From: the human T2T-CHM13v2.0 reference genome, Homo sapiens
Direction: 5' to 3' (one strand)
Length of the DNA: 64,000 bases
Assembly: GCF_009914755.1 (NCBI RefSeq)
Contig: NC_060928.1
Of the stretch, positions 48,222 through 64,000 are shown piece after piece; the first letter of the stretch is position 1, and each line of letters starts with the position of its first letter. Made by a program: the position numbers and the translations under genes. A model generated the notes under the pieces. The model was not told the DNA's origin. It did no database searches and was given only the letters and a program-made list of their open reading frames with translations.

Positions 48222-48993
48222 TGATACGAGAAAGGAGCAGGAAAGTGCTGGGTTGAGAAAGATGGGGTCCCTGGTGAGAGCTTCACTCTCGAGCCTGTGC
48301 CCACGGACCCAAATGAGGACAGGCATTTCTGATTTTGTGTCCAAAAAGTTGCCCTTTGGCCCACGACACCCCCCATCCTGTGCCCATAAAAACCCAGGAC
48401 CCAACAGGCACATACACAAGTGGCTGGACATTGAGAGGAGCAGAAGAAGACACACTGGCAGACATCAGCAGGCCAGTGATAATGGAACGACACAGATGCT
48501 GAGGGGAATTCGGCCAGGTCCAGTCGAAGAAGAGTCCAGTGCTGGGCAGCCCGACTCCAGGGGAAGGCCACCTTTCCACTCCATCCCCTTTCCAGCTCCC
48601 CATCCATCTCACTGAGAGCCACCTCCACCACTCAGTAAAACCCAGCACTTGTCCTCCAAGCCCACATATGATCCAATTTTTCTGATACGCTAGAGCAAGA
48701 ACCCGGGATATAGAAAGCCCTCTGTCCTTGCCATAAGGCAGAGGGTCTAATCGAGCTGATTAATACAAGCTTCTGCAGACAACAAAGCTGAAAGAGTGCA
48801 CTGTAACACGTGCCCACTGGGGCTTCGGGAGCTGTAAACACTCAACCCTAGACACTGCCATGGGGTCGGAGCCCAGAAATGCTCCCCACAACCTGCCTGC
48901 CTGCATGCTCCCCATAGGGGTTTGGGCAGCAGGGCAAGCCATGCCCCTGTCACATGCCCTGAGAGGGGGGATAAGGGAACTTCTTCTGTTTTA
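48222..48993 (+). mobile_element. LTR1-family ERV1 solo LTR
   Basis: TGATACG..ggagcagg.aagtgctggg...cccataaaaaccc...agtaaaa...gggaacttcttctgtttta. TSD GTAG at 48218-48221 and 48994-48997. Confidence 0.82.
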
Positions 48994-50009
48994 GTAGGAA
49001 GTACTCGTCTAGCTTTCCTACCAGTTAAAAATAAAATCAAGGTCTTTTGGCTTGTGTACAAAAAATTCATCAGGATTGTAGTTATTGTAATGCTTATTAA
49101 TAATCTACAATGGATCTTCAGTTCAACTCAAAGTCATGATGGACACTGTTTGGCCTCCAGCTATGATCTCAGCCTTAGTGTTGAAGAAAGCCCCTGAAAT
49201 ACGGGCAGACAGTGATATTCAGAGCCGCATGTAAAGAGCCTTTCGGAAATCCCCTTTGCTCTGCCCTGTTTCATTCCACATCCGTCTGCACCTTAGCCAG
49301 CATTGCATCTATTCTAACTAATTGGTTCTTAAAATGATAAAGCAGAACAACAGATAACAATAAGAAAGTCCTGGACTGTGGGCGCTTCTATTTGTAGAGA
49401 ATGGAAGACTAACTGAGCCTATCAATATTTTAGTCTCAAGAGCATTACCCCTGGACAGTATAATGCTGCTAACTTGTCTAGAGAAGTATCATTGTACATG
49501 CTAAGTAATAGGAAGAATATGTCTAGCATCAATTATAAGTTTCAATTCACACTGTGCAGGGTGCTCTTCAAAGCCGCAATACCTTCATCCTTACACAACT
49601 GTAAATCATGATTTTATTTCAGAATAGGGTCTCTGCTTTTTTACTCACTTTGAAAAGAATCTGACACAGTGTGAAAGTGAACATTTAATAAGTACTTCCT
49701 TCTACACCTGCACACAGGGAATGGATGATAAATGCTGTTGTCTGAGTTTATCATGATAAGACGAGGCACAATGGAGAGACAATTAATGAATATCCTTTGA
49801 TTGATGATAAGACAAGCAGTACAAATATGGATTTTTCTTCTTGTGCAGCTCTTCTCAAATAGCTCTAAACAAAAGCAAAACATGCTCTGGCCACAGAAAA
49901 GACTTACGACACAAGATTATTTCTTATTGCCATTAATTTCATCTTAATAGACATTATTAGCTTATTACACAGATTATATTATATTATATTTGCATAAATT
50001 TATCACATA

Positions 50010-50250
50010 GCTTATTATGTGCCACACACCATTTACATGCTATATACATGCAAATGTGTTTAGTCCTCAAATCCACCCTAATAATAATGATGGTGATAAT
50101 CATAACATACTATTATGATTCCTATTTCTACAGATGAAGAGAATGCACAGAGAGAAAGTATCTTGTCAAAGAGCATGGTGCTAGTAAGTGTCAGAGTCAG
50201 GATTTGAACCTAGGTAGCCCAGTACCTGAATGTGTGTACTTACACTATTT
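50010..50250. mobile_element. MIR
   Basis: tacagatgaaga..gcacagagag..agta.cttgtcaaag...agtaagtgtcagagtcaggatttgaacctagg. Confidence 0.75.
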
Positions 50251-50370
50251 ATCATTTATTTATATTTATTTATTGTATTTATTTTTATTATTTATTATCA
50301 TTTATTTATTTTTATTTTTATTTTATTATTTATTTTTATTTTTTATTATTTATCATTCATTTAATATCAT
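50250..50370. repeat. AT-rich low-complexity (TTTA/TTA)n
   Basis: Direct reading of the sequence. Confidence 0.85.
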
Positions 50371-51619
50371 TTAGTGTAGGAACACCAAATGATGTAGTGA
50401 AGTAATTTTCTTTAACATGCTCAACACATAAAGGACTTCACACTATAATAAACCCAGAGATATTTTAATGAGCTCCATAGGAACATATCTCTAAGTTAGT
50501 CATTTAACTTAAAATCCCACTGTACCTAGCTTCCACTATTAGTAAATCAAAGAGTGTTCTATCAAAAAATTCCTTTTCTCCTTACCTCCAACCCTCCTTA
50601 TTTCATAGACCTTGCCTACCACACTTTCTAAATGGAGATGTAGTCCCAGTTGTATTTCTACTGTTCAGAGAGCGAACAGGCATCCGTCTCCAACTACAAA
50701 CTATACACTTGTGCTACGTGACTGAGAACAGCATGTGGATGCAAGTTCACCTTGGAATTCCACCACAATGAAGCTGTTTGTGAGCCGCTTTCTGCTTAAA
50801 GAACACTTTAAGTTTCCTCAGTAAACATCTTTTCATAATGTGAAGGTAATCTCAAATTTTATTTAATACTAAGTAGGTCATAAAAAGTTAGAGTTTATAA
50901 GTTTCATTTGACCATTTCTTGTTGAAAAGATTTTGGAAATGAGGACATAGGTCTTTCTTGAGGCAGAAAGCATTATGGATATAAAGAAAAAGATAAAGAG
51001 CATAGGGTCAGAGAGACCTCAGTTTAAATTTTAAACACATCTGAGCCTCAGTTTGCACATCCTTAAAATGGGGTAAATACTACACCTGACACACATAAGG
51101 TTTATCTGTAATGTGCAAATTAACAATGTCCTTGCCAACATAATATTTAAAAGTCTGCTTTGTTCCCAACCTTGTTAGAATTTCCATTTGGGTCTTCTGC
51201 ACATTATTTTTCAATAAAATGCTGATTTTTCAGTCCTTGACCCGCTTCTCTTAACTCTTGGTAGTAAAATAAATCTCTACTCAGACAATTACTAAAGTTC
51301 CATCTCCAGCCTGGACCTCTCCCATGAAATGTGACTCATATATTCAACTGTCTGCTTCACTTCTCTTCAGAAATATTATAATATAATAATATTATTATAA
51401 TGGTGTAATATATAATAAGTATCTCAAATGTAACTTCTTCAATACTACACTTTTGACTTGGACACTCAACCATAGTTCATGCTGCAGTCTTTCTTATCAC
51501 AATAGATGACATCTCTTGCTTCTTAGTACACAGTCCTAAAGCTCTGGAGTTGTCCTTGAGACATTTTTCTCTGAAACTTATATCTTGACAACAGCAAATT
51601 CTATCTATTCTACATGTTT

Positions 51620-53089
<1,470 letters not shown>

Positions 53090-53119
53090 TTATGTGTGTT
53101 ATCTGCATGCTAGTCACAG

Positions 53120-53912
53120 TGATGGCGGTGGCAGCCCTTCTGGAGCAGCCTCTGCGGGACACCAGCTGCAGTGGGGGAGGTGTGGCCGGGGCTGCGTGCT
53201 ACACAGAGTCAGCCAGGTTGGGAACAAGTGGGAGCCCCACCCCTTACCAAGTTGGCAGGTTGGGAGCCCAGTGCTCTGGGAACAGCTGCAGCCACCCAGC
53301 CACGGCTCTGGACTCGGCATCCCTGCGGTCTCAGTGGCCCAGGAAGCCGCCCCCCTCAACCAACAGACTTGGAATTGCCTCCTCCTGTTCCCTGGCGTTT
53401 CCCTGCTCCCATTGCCTCCAATTTTGGAGCAAAGTTGTGGCAGAGCCAAAGTGCTTTGGCAACCTGGCCATGTATGTGTACGCTCAGGGCAGCGCTGACA
53501 CACCAGCCCCCTGCCACCTCAGCCCCCTCTGGACTTTGGGTGTCAACAAGCATGGGAGGGAGGCTGAGGGGACGCTGAGGGTGGCTCAGCATGGGCCTGC
53601 AGGTGCCCCTCAGCAGGAACAGCCTTAGTGCTGTGGATGGCATGTTGATGGTGGCAGGAGGCAGGCTCCTGGGTGGAAAGGCGTGGGTCCCCAGTGAAAC
53701 CCAACCTTTAAGCCAGGGACAGACTGAAGCCTGGGGACCAAGCTGCCAGCTCCAGGTGGAGTCTATGGCCAGGAGTGAGAACTTATTGTGCTTTTTCTGG
53801 GCCGCCCATGGCCATCCATGGACCAATCAGCACGCATTTCCTCCCTTCTGAGCCCATAAAAACCCTGGACTCAGCCAGACTCAAACAGACATTGAGACTA
53901 CCAGCTGCTTCA
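53120..53912 (+). mobile_element. MER52-like ERV1 LTR, partial
   Basis: tgatggcggtggcagccc.tctggagcagcc...ccatggaccaatcagcacgca...cccataaaaaccctggactcagccagactc. Being GC-rich, it explains the cluster of spurious ORFs at 53067-53851. Confidence 0.82.
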
Positions 53913-53967
53913 TAAATTAGTTAATAAAAGCTAGTGAGTTTTGAATGCCACATTAGTAGAATGAACA

Positions 53968-54195
53968 CTTTTTTTTTCTTCAATTATCTTAAGCTCAGGG
54001 GTGCATGTGCAGGATATGCAGGTTTGTGACATAGGTAAACGTGCACCATGGTGGTTTGCTGCACAGGTGGTCCCATCACCTAGGTATGATGCCCAGCATC
54101 CATTAGCGGTTCTTCCTGATGCTCTTTCTCCCACTCCCAACAGGTCCCAGTGTGTGTTGTGCCCCCACCCTCCATGTTTCCATGTGTTCTCAGCA
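53968..54195 (-). mobile_element. 5'-truncated L1PA 3' end
   Basis: Poly(T), then ggggtgcatgtgcaggatatgcaggtttgt.acataggtaaacgtg..catggtggtttgctgcac. Diverged TSD agaatg..c.ttt. Confidence 0.85.
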
Positions 54196-55283
54196 CAGAA
54201 TGGGCGTTTGAAGGAAGACTTTGAAGAAGAAAATGGGAATGATTTCCAGTAAGTATTTTTTATCAGTCTTTTTATGACTCATACAAATATTTGTGGGCCT
54301 AAAGTAAATGTAAACACTAATCTTAAGAAATATTTGTCCTTTTTGAGTTTTAATGTGTCTTTATGTTTGCATTTATCCAATTAATATCAGAACAAAAATA
54401 TATAATAAGTACTAGAGACAATTTAAAGAAATTAAACTGTTTCCAGAAGGTAGCTAAATAAATCATTACTTGTATTTAGAGGCAGAAAATAGAGAAGTAA
54501 AATTTAATGCTAACTTTAGATGATGTACTGTGTCATATAATATATTGCAATTTTTAGCTAATTTAAATTAAAATAGTTATATCAATGATTTTGAAACCAT
54601 GAAGCAACAATTATCATAAATGTTGTTTTTTCAAAAATTAGATGGTTCCAGTAGTTTTTGCTACGTGAAATCTCTGACTACTACATCGTCTAAGGCACTT
54701 TTTACGTTTCGTTTATAAAGCTCATAAAATAACCTAAATGAAAAAGATAAATAGTAAAAAGCCTGAAGAGCTGATGGAGCTATGTTTCTTGATTTATTCA
54801 TCTCTATTCCATATCTGAAAAAATAATTTATGACAATTTCTTTGTATGGAAGAAAAATTTTATAATGTTTAGATCTATTGGGGGAAGAATGATTTCCTAG
54901 GATTTGAAGCTATAAGAATAATGGAAAAAAAGATATATCATTCTTCTATCTTTTATCATGTGTAAAGTCGATTTTTAATATGGCAAGATATTCAATCTAA
55001 AGCCATTAAAGATATTTCCAAAACCTTACACCAGCTTCAGATATGTTACCTATTATACAGTGACTTTATTTTTAAAAAGTAAGGAAATATTCATCCTTTT
55101 ACTAGTAGTAGTAGATGATTGGACAGCTGTCTTCATTGGTAATTTAAATGTAATTTTGCCTGAAGTAGATAGAAAAACTAATCACCTCTTGGGGTCTTTT
55201 ACAGTGATATAATTTTATGCCAACTTTCAACACTAGAAAAGTAAGCATATTCTTTATGAAATAACCAGAATTTATAGCTGAAA

Positions 55284-55550
55284 GGAATTTTAGAAATCTA
55301 GTTCAGGGGTCAGCAAACTACTGCCCATTGCCTGTTTTTGTAAATAAGATTTTATTGTAACAGCCATTCTCATGTTTATTCACTCATTTGTTGAAATGTT
55401 GTCTATGGCTGCCTTGGTCCTACGATGGCACTGTGGACCAGTTGCAAATGAGACCATATGGTCTACAAAGTAAAAATATTCCCTAGAACTTGAAGTATAA
55501 TAAAAAAAAAATTATCTAGCCCTTTACAGAAAGACCTGTTAATCTCTAAT
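55284..55550. mobile_element. MER58-like hAT DNA transposon remnant, followed by MIR (~55560-55690)
   Basis: caggggtcagcaaacta..tgcctgtttttgtaaataa..ttttattg...tgtctatggctgc...gagaccatatgg. Confidence 0.7.
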
Positions 55551-57682
55551 CTAGTTCATCCACCTCTTTTACAGATGAAGAAGTTGAACCCCTGAGGAAT
55601 AAAGTAACTTGCCCATGGTTACATAGACAGTAAAAGTTAGCCGAAGACACAGGTCTTTTGCTTTCAGATTCAGTAAAGGTCTCATTACATTATCCCACTA
55701 CTCATAATGTAAAATAATGTGTTTGATATTTTCTAGTATTCATGTTATGATGAAATAATCCCTTGGTAAGTAAAATTTTCCATACAGGCAGTCAGTCTGC
55801 CTCTGTTAGCCTTATTCTTTTCCCTTGAAATTCAGAGGAAAATTTTAAAGGTAAGAAACTGAAACACATATTTTGGTCCTTATATTGTCAGTGTTTCTAC
55901 ATAAGGAAAACAATGTGACTAAAACAGATGACATCTATTATTGGATTTCCACTCAATAAAATGTTTATTTTCTCTAATCAACTCCACTTTTTTTTTCTGC
56001 CCATTAGTGTTATCCAAGTAATACATCACGTAAGGACACCATTAAGTAGAATGCCTGTCTGTATCTACAGAAAATGAGCAGATGGTTGGTTCCTCAAACA
56101 TTTAAAATAAAGACAAATGTAGTCTTGGGTTTAGGGGTGAGACAGTGGCAGGCAGGACACTTGGGATGAAATGTATAATGACGTTGTACTCCACACTCCC
56201 TGCATGTTTACAATGTACTATAGATGTGAAAGTTAATGCACCATAAAAAATTGTTATAAAATTTTATTTTATTTTAAGAGCATGAGTTGGGTCTGGTCAC
56301 TTTCTTGATTGTGTTAATGGTTTTATGTGTTTATTCACATGACAAAATTTACCAGATTTTGTACTTTAAATACCTGCAGTTTCTTAGGTGTCAATGACAT
56401 CTTTAATTGAAAAAAAGGAGTAACAGAAAACAAAAACAATGAGATAAATGTTTTTTTTCTTTTTTAGCAAGAAAAGAAAATATAAGCTAGTCATTTCAGA
56501 TACATGTATGTATTGACATCAGGTTTGTTTGTGACAAATCTTCACTCTGTGACGAAAAAGTACACATTTTCCTGTTGGACCAAATCTTTGTTTATTCTTG
56601 TAGCTTAACTCAACATAAAGAACATGATTTTTATTTCATATTTTTGTGGTGATAAATATTTTCATGCAAATGCTTTATATCAGATGGAAGAACAAATTAC
56701 TAAAACAAATACAGTTCATATCCAGTATTATGTATTCACCAGAAACTGTTATATTAATGATTCTAGTTTAATGCAGAGAAAATTTCAGTTCTGAAGAGTA
56801 CTTATGAAGACACATTTTGTGCATTAATGCAAAACTGTAGAAACATGAAAAGTACAGTGCAATAAAGAATAACAAGATAACATGGGTCTAGAGTACATTT
56901 TTCCAAGTTTGAAGTTAAATAAAATTATTTCTTTCAAGAACCTAACTTCTACTTTAATTAAGATAGGAAAGAAGTCAGACTTACAATTGTTTGTTTTTGT
57001 ATTAGCCCAATAAAAATCCTAGAAATGATGTTCTTTATGTTTCTAAAATAAGGAAGAGTATCCTGGGGAAGAAAATAACACTTCTTTAGTTAAGTTGTAT
57101 GTTGTGTGCCTAGTGAAAATACCCACGCTTTGTTGGTAATATCCCAATTTGCCATCTTCTTTCCATATTTGCTCTCAGGGGATTAGTGTTGACTTCTAAG
57201 GAGTTAAAGCTGCTCTTAGAATCATCTTTTCTAACCCACTGTAGCTGTCTGGAAAACAGTAAGATCCCAAGGGATTTTACAAAATGTAATTCTTCAACAT
57301 GCACAATAAATGAAAAGAATAATTTATATTTCATACAACTAATTATCATATGGTAAAAGGAAAAAGAAAGGTCATATCCTTGAAGTTACAAATTATGTAT
57401 ACGACCCATCTGAAGCCATCACTTTCATACAAGGTAGGTTTATGGCTCATTAACTCTGTTCTGTGTAACATGAGTTATATGATCTTACTGTTTATGCATT
57501 TTAAACTATGGATATATTGATTATTATATATTTCTAAATAACTAGTGTGTAAAATTATGACAGGAATGATTGGATGTATCTTGGGATAAATATATTAACT
57601 AGAATTAGTTTCTTCTCAACTATTGGAAGAACTAAAACAAAATTCTTAAACAGAAGTGATTCAAATGATATTGTTATTCTAA

Positions 57683-58074
<392 letters not shown>

Positions 58075-58414
58075 TAAAGCCTTCTCATGACAGCTATTCG
58101 CCTAGAATTTGACATGATAAAACTTTTTTATTTTAAAAAAGAGAAAATAGAATAATTATCCACTCTTGACTTGTACATTTGAATCAACATTAAGTTGTCG
58201 TGGGATTATCTTTAAACAAAGGTGATGGGTTTTGTCATGGGGCTGAGGAGTTTCATTTGCTTTATTTTATTATAAAATGAATAGTATAATATTCTAAACT
58301 CTACAGAAGATTATACAGTGAAAAGTTCAAGTTTCCCTCTGCCCTTCTCTACCCAATCTTTCCCTCCTGAAGTAACCACAGTTAACAACTTTTTGTGTAC
58401 TGCTTAGGTTATTT

Positions 58415-58760
58415 TCTTTCTTTCTTTTTTTTTTTTTTTTTTTTTGAGGTGGGGAGAGGGACAGGATCTGGCTCTGTCACCCAGGCTGGAGCGCAGTGGC
58501 GCATTCACTGCAACCTTCGCCTCCTTGGCTCTAGCGATCCTCTCACCTCAGCCTTCTGAGTATTTGGGACTACAGGTGCGCACCACCACACCTAGCTAAT
58601 TTTTTTGTATTTTTGGTAGAGATGGGATCTTGCTATGTTGCCTAGCCTGGTCTCAAACTCCTGGGGTCTGGCCATCCACCAGCCTCCACCTCCCAGGCAA
58701 TCCACTCACCTGAGCCTCCCAAAGTGATGGGATTACAGGTGTGAGCCACTGCACAGAGCA
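58415..58760 (-). mobile_element. AluJ-like
   Basis: Poly(T), gcgatcctctcacctcagcc, tcttgctatgttgcc.agcctggtctcaaactcctgg, and a small internal duplication. Confidence 0.88.
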
Positions 58761-59784
58761 GTGTTCGGGTTATTTTCTATGCGTATACATATAGGTTTTA
58801 TAGTGCCAAGGCTTGTAGAGAATAGGTGACAGCCAGTGATCAAAGTGGAATATTTTAGAAGAATAGAAAGCAGTATTCAATTCAATAAAACACTTTTATT
58901 GGACACCTGCTGTGTGCAAAACCACAATAATAAATTTCACAGAAGGCATAGGAAAGCACTAGGATGAAGAAGTCACCGTAGTTCTGTCTTCAATTGGTAT
59001 GTGTTTCTGAAATGTGCAAACACCATTACTGCAAAAAAACTCAAGAATGTTACGCAGCATTAAAGACTGTTTGGGAGAAAAAAAACACAGCAGGATTGAC
59101 TCTACTTTGATGAATTTTTAATCTCATCATATAGTCATGGAAGACTGACACTGAATAGCATATTTGCAGAAGGGAAATATCCTAGCATGGTCCAAGTTTA
59201 AACTACATGAGGTTAAGAAAATAGCTGGGTAACATTTTGGATTTTATCCAACAGACAAAGTAGTGACATTAATGGTTATTTTAAAATAGTCTATCAATAT
59301 CAGATGTATTTTTTTTAATATATATCCAGTTGAAAGGAGAATGGATCAGAGATGGAAAAGAATAAGATGAGCAAAACAGGCACTTAGTGTGATCCTCCAG
59401 GCAAGGACCCAACTTAATAGGAGCCATAGTAAGACTGAACTCAGAGACATTTCAGCAAAGGTGGGACTGGCATGGATGTGGGGTATGAACACTTGAATTT
59501 GGGGTATAGAACAGACAACTTGGGAAGCTACAGGATTTCTTGTGTGAGTGATTGTGTAGATGTTGAAGTTGTTAGTTAAGAAAGAGAATATAGAAGAAGT
59601 AGCTGGTGCAGAGTGGGAAGAATAATAAACTTGGCTTTGCAAACACTACATTTGGATTGTCTATGAGGCCTTTCCATAAATCCTCCCAGAAGCAATGTGT
59701 GGGACATTTAAGTTCATTGACTGTGTGGAACTTGGAGCCATACAGTTAAAGATTATTTGCTAGAGTTAGTATCACTCCACAAGA

Positions 59785-60392
59785 TTTTTATTTTTTTATG
59801 TCAACCTTTATTTTGGATTCAGGGAGTACATGTGCAGGTTTATGGCATGGGTGTGCCTGGGTGTTCATAGGTGGCAGGCTTGGTGTACAAATGACCCCAT
59901 CACCCAGGTACTGAGCATAGTACCCAATAGGTAGTTCTTCAGGCTTTGTCCCCCTTCCTCCCTCTCCCTTCAAATAGTTCCTAGTGTCTATTGTTGCCAT
60001 CTCTATATCCTTGAGTACCCAATGTTTAGCTCCCACTTAAAAGCAAGAACATGTGGTATTTGGTTTTCTGTTCCTGCATGAATTCACTTAGGATAATGGC
60101 CTCCAGCTGCATCCATGTTGCTGCAGAAGACATGATTGCATTCTTTTCTGTGTCTGCATAGTATTCCATGGTATATGCATACCACATTGTCTTTATCTAG
60201 TCCACCACTGATGGGCACGTAGCTTGATTCCATGTCTTTGCTATTGCGAATAGTGCTGTGATGAACATGCAAGGGCATGTGTCTTTTTGGTAGAACAATT
60301 TGTTTTCTTTTGGATATATACCCAGTAACGGAGTTGCTGGGTCAGATGGTAGGTCTCTTTTAAATTCTTTGAGAAATCTCCAAACTGGTTTC
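59785..60392 (-). mobile_element. L1PA/PB 3' end, 5'-truncated
   Basis: ORFs 59788-60036 and 60241-60516(-) give L1 3'UTR/ORF2-end text. Same 3'UTR type as 17712-18300. Confidence 0.88.
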
Positions 60393-61173
60393 TAAGAGGT
60401 AAACACATCCACCTAGCTGAAAATGCTAAAGTGGGTGGTAAAAAGAGGTGGACACAGAAGGAGAGCACTTCATCATGGAAGAGAAATAGCACCTTGATCT
60501 CAAACAGGCACCTCATCCTCCTGCTGGCTCACAGGGCTCAGCACCACTCCCGCTCTGGCATTGGTCCAAAGACTCCTTTCGTTACTGTGCTCCTGGGCTG
60601 TAGTGATGGGTCTGTCTGGCCCACTCTTTGTTATCAGCAGCCATTCCTCCACTCACATTCTCATCTTACTAGATTTTAGTTAGTTTCTCTTTCACCCTCT
60701 TGTCCCCAAGAGTTAGAATTTATTTTGAGTTTAAAGAGTTTTTACTACTAAATACTTCATGAAAAAGGAAAAGATTTTAAAAAATAGAAACAATAAGAAA
60801 GTGATAAGAATTAAATAAACTCTTAAATGTTTTTACCTTAGTATTCATGTTCATCTTTGAAATGTGAGGAAAACACAATGAGTGGTTCTTAGCTATCTTC
60901 ATTGCCTCAAGTCTTGTATTTTCCTTCTTTGCATCAAAACTTTTAAAACTTTAATGATTTTTTTTATCCCACAGGCTCTTCCCCTGAGTCTTTACCAAAT
61001 CTTCTAACCATATTCTTTCCCAGCCATTACACTGGGAAGCCCTCAAATCAATCTGAATGTTGAACAGCAACTGCATGCACCTGTAAGACTCATTTATAAT
61101 TCAGAGATTATCACATGATTATCACATGATCAGTGTTTTTGCTGCTTAATGGAGGAAAATGCTCCGTGTTATT

Positions 61174-61463
61174 CTTTTTTTTTTTTTTCTGTTGAGACAG
61201 AGTCTCGCTCTGTCGCCCAGGCTGGAGTGCAGTGGTGCCATCTCGGCTCACTGCAAGCTCGGCTCCCAGGTTCACATCATTCTCCTGCCTCAACCTCCTG
61301 AGTAGCTGGGACTACAGGCGCCGCCACCACGCCTGCTAATTTTTTTTTGTATTTTTTAGTAGAGGCAGGGTTTCAGCAGGGTCTTGATCTCCTGACCTCG
61401 TGATCCGCCCGCCTCGGCCTCCCAAAGTGCTGGGATTACAGGCGTGAGCCACCGCGCCCGGCC
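61174..61463 (-). mobile_element. AluY with small internal deletions
   Basis: Dimer, TSD tg(c/t)tc(c/t)gtgttattctt. Confidence 0.92.
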
Positions 61464-62227
61464 TGTTCTGTGTTATTCTTAACATAATTAAGGACACAAA
61501 GTGGAATATAAGATATTTTTGTCTTCTCCATGTTTTATTTCAGTGTCAACAACAATAAACATTTACTGACTGCTTCCTGGCCAGAACACTGGAAAATAAA
61601 AGAAAGTGTTACATGTGTTTTTGGTTCTCAAAAGGCTTACTAAAGGATAGTTATGTAAACACTGGAAGAGAACAGATAACCTCAGAAGAGAGAATTCCCT
61701 ACATAACCAGTTAGCATATCCTAAACAAGATATCACACAATTATGCTATTAAAAGGGATATTTTATATACGTACTATATAAAAATATGTTTTATATATTT
61801 TTATATATTATATATAATGCATATTTATATAAAATAAACATTATTGAATAATTATTTTTATATTTGGGAGGAAGGTCAATTTAAATCCATACCACATTAT
61901 AACCCAAAATAATTCTATTTAAAAATATTTTAAAGACTATTTTTCCCCAAATCTCAAAGGTTCTCTTTCTTAGGTTCTCTTTCTTTCTTTCTTTTTTCAA
62001 AAAAATTTTAAGGAAAAAGCCATGTACAAGATTTTCTTTCTTAAACTGCTAAAAGCATCAATAGATTTGAGGATAATGGCACACAAGAATGTTATGTTTA
62101 AAAATCATCCAAGTTAGAAACATAAACATGCATTAGTTAAATGATAAAAGGATATGAACTTGCAGTTGAAACAAGAGGTAGTGAAGTTTTAACTAAATGT
62201 TGGCTTTAAAATGTGGTAAAGGAACCG

Positions 62228-64000
62228 GTGGAGCGAGATGGCTGAAAAGAAGACCCTACTGACCATCTCCCCAGCAGGAACACCAACCTCAACATCTACA
62301 CAAGAAAAGCACCTTCATAGAGCTTAAAATCAGGTGAGCACTCACAGTGTCTGGTTTAAACTTCTAATCGCTGAAAGAGGCAGCGAAGCAGGTAGGAAAG
62401 GGTCTTGAATCACCGAGGCCACCCTTCCCCCATCCTCCAGCAGCAGCTGCAGGGCATGGAGAATCTACGCACTTGGGGAAAGGAGAGCGCAGTGACGGTG
62501 AGACATCACATGAACTTAGCGCTTCCCTGTCACCGTGGAAAGCAAAACCAGGCTGAACTCAGCTGACACCTACCCACAGAGGGAGCCTTTAGACTAGCCT
62601 GAGCCAGAGGGGAGTTGCCTGTCCCAGCAGTCAGAACTTGAGTCTGGCAAGCCTTGCCACCATGGGCTAAAGGGGGAGCTCCAAATAAACTTGAAAGGCA
62701 ATCTAGGCCGCGAGGCCTGTGATTCCCGGACAGGTCCTTGGACAGGTCCTAGTGCTAAGCTGGGTTCGAAGCCAGTGGACTTAAAAGGCATACAACCTAC
62801 TAAGACACCAGCCAGGGTGGCTAAGGGAGTGCTTGCGCCATTCCCCCAACCCCAGGCAGCACAGCTTACAGCTCTGAAAGAGATCCTTTCATTCCCCTTG
62901 CAGAGAGGAGAGGGTAAAGAGGACTTTGTCTTGCATCTTGGATAACAGCTCGGCCACAGTAAGATGGACAGGTACCCACCAGTCAGGGTTGTGAGGCCTC
63001 CTTTCTGGGCCCTAGCTCCTGGACCACATTTCTAGACACACCCTGGGACAGAGGGGACCCCTCTACCTTGTAGGGAAGAACCCCATTGTGGCAGGAACCA
63101 TTGCCTGATGACTAAAGAGCCCTTAGGCCATGCATAACCAGCAGTGACACCCAGGTATTATTCTGTGGGCCTTGGGTGAGATTCTGAGACTTACTGGCTC
63201 CAGATGAGACCCAGCACATTCCCAGCAGGGGTGGCTATGGAGCTATGGCTCCTTCTGCTTGAGAAACCAGAGAGAAAACTAAAGGGGACTATATCTTGCA
63301 CCTTAGGTACCAGCCTGGCTACAGAGGGGTAGAATACCAAGTGAGCTCTTGAGGTCTTCAATTCCAGAGCTTGGCTCTTGAATGGCATTTCTGGACCTGC
63401 CCCGACCCAGAGGGGAGCCCACTGCTCCGAAGAGTGAGTGCCAGGCCTGACAGTGTTCACCGCAAGCTGACTGAAGAGCCGTTTGGCCTTAAGGGAATAT
63501 CAGTAGTAGCCCAGAGGTACTCCCATGGGCCTGTGGTGGTGGCAGCCACCAGGCGAGTCTCCTCTACCTGTGCTAAGGGGAAGGAAGAGCGAGGAGGGCT
63601 ACATCTCATGGTTTAAGGGCCAACTCAGCTGAAGTGTAATATAACACTAGGTAGATTTCTAAGGTTTTTGACTCCAGTCCCTGGCTCCTGGAAAGCACCT
63701 TTTGACCCTCCTGGGGCCTGGGGGCACTCAGTGTCCTGAAGCCTGGCTGGCTTTGCCATCTGCTTATCACAGAGCTCTAGGGCCTTGAGCAAACCTAGGT
63801 GGTAGCCAGATAGTGGTTATAGGAAGCCTTGGGTGATACCCAGCACTGTGCTGGTTTCAGGTCTGACTCAGCAGTCTCAGTGGTGGTGGCCACAGGGGTG
63901 CTCGTGTCACTCCACCCCCCGGTCCAGGCAGCTCACTACAGAGAGAGAGAGAGGCTCCATTTGTTTGTGAGAAAGTAAGGAAAGATAGTGAGATTCTCTG
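62228..64000 (+). mobile_element. LINE-1 5'UTR (older L1M/L1PB-type), runs off the window end
   Basis: gagcgagatggctgaa.agaa...gcaccttcata.ga..aaaatcaggtgagcactcacag...ggactttgtcttgca.cttggata.cagctc.gccacag...gtttg.gagaaagtaagg.aaga. Confidence 0.8.

Noticed and set aside
48156-49197. GC-rich ORF cluster or possible CpG-island promoter
   Set aside because: Explained by an LTR1-family solo LTR with TSD, and CpG-depleted.

Overview
Primate, probably human, genomic DNA that is mostly transposon-derived (L1, Alu, ERVL, ERV1, MaLR). I see no intact protein-coding gene, RNA gene or CRISPR array. The one gene-derived locus is a full-length but disabled ADAM metalloprotease pseudogene of the testis-type ADAM20/21/24/25 group (minus strand, 11985-9719). 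It has an intronless CDS and a retained 5'-UTR splice acceptor. The main structural finding is an inferred ancient ~16.6 kb inversion (~4551-21183) containing this pseudogene; reversing it rejoins split L1 pieces at both ends. The middle of the window is a stack of nested endogenous retroviruses with readable TSDs. One is a HERV-L containing a MER61 LTR that itself contains an LTR17/HERV-W LTR, plus a 75-bp minisatellite in gag and a near-pristine AluYa5-lineage insertion. The other is a ~16 kb MER34/MER4-group provirus containing a two-LTR MER4 element and several solo LTRs. The largely unique region at 54-61 kb has several plus-strand splice-site pairs that may be remnants of an unannotated gene or lncRNA (speculative). 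I found no convincing novel functional biological system. Repeat subfamily names come from recalled consensus sequences and need RepeatMasker/Dfam confirmation.
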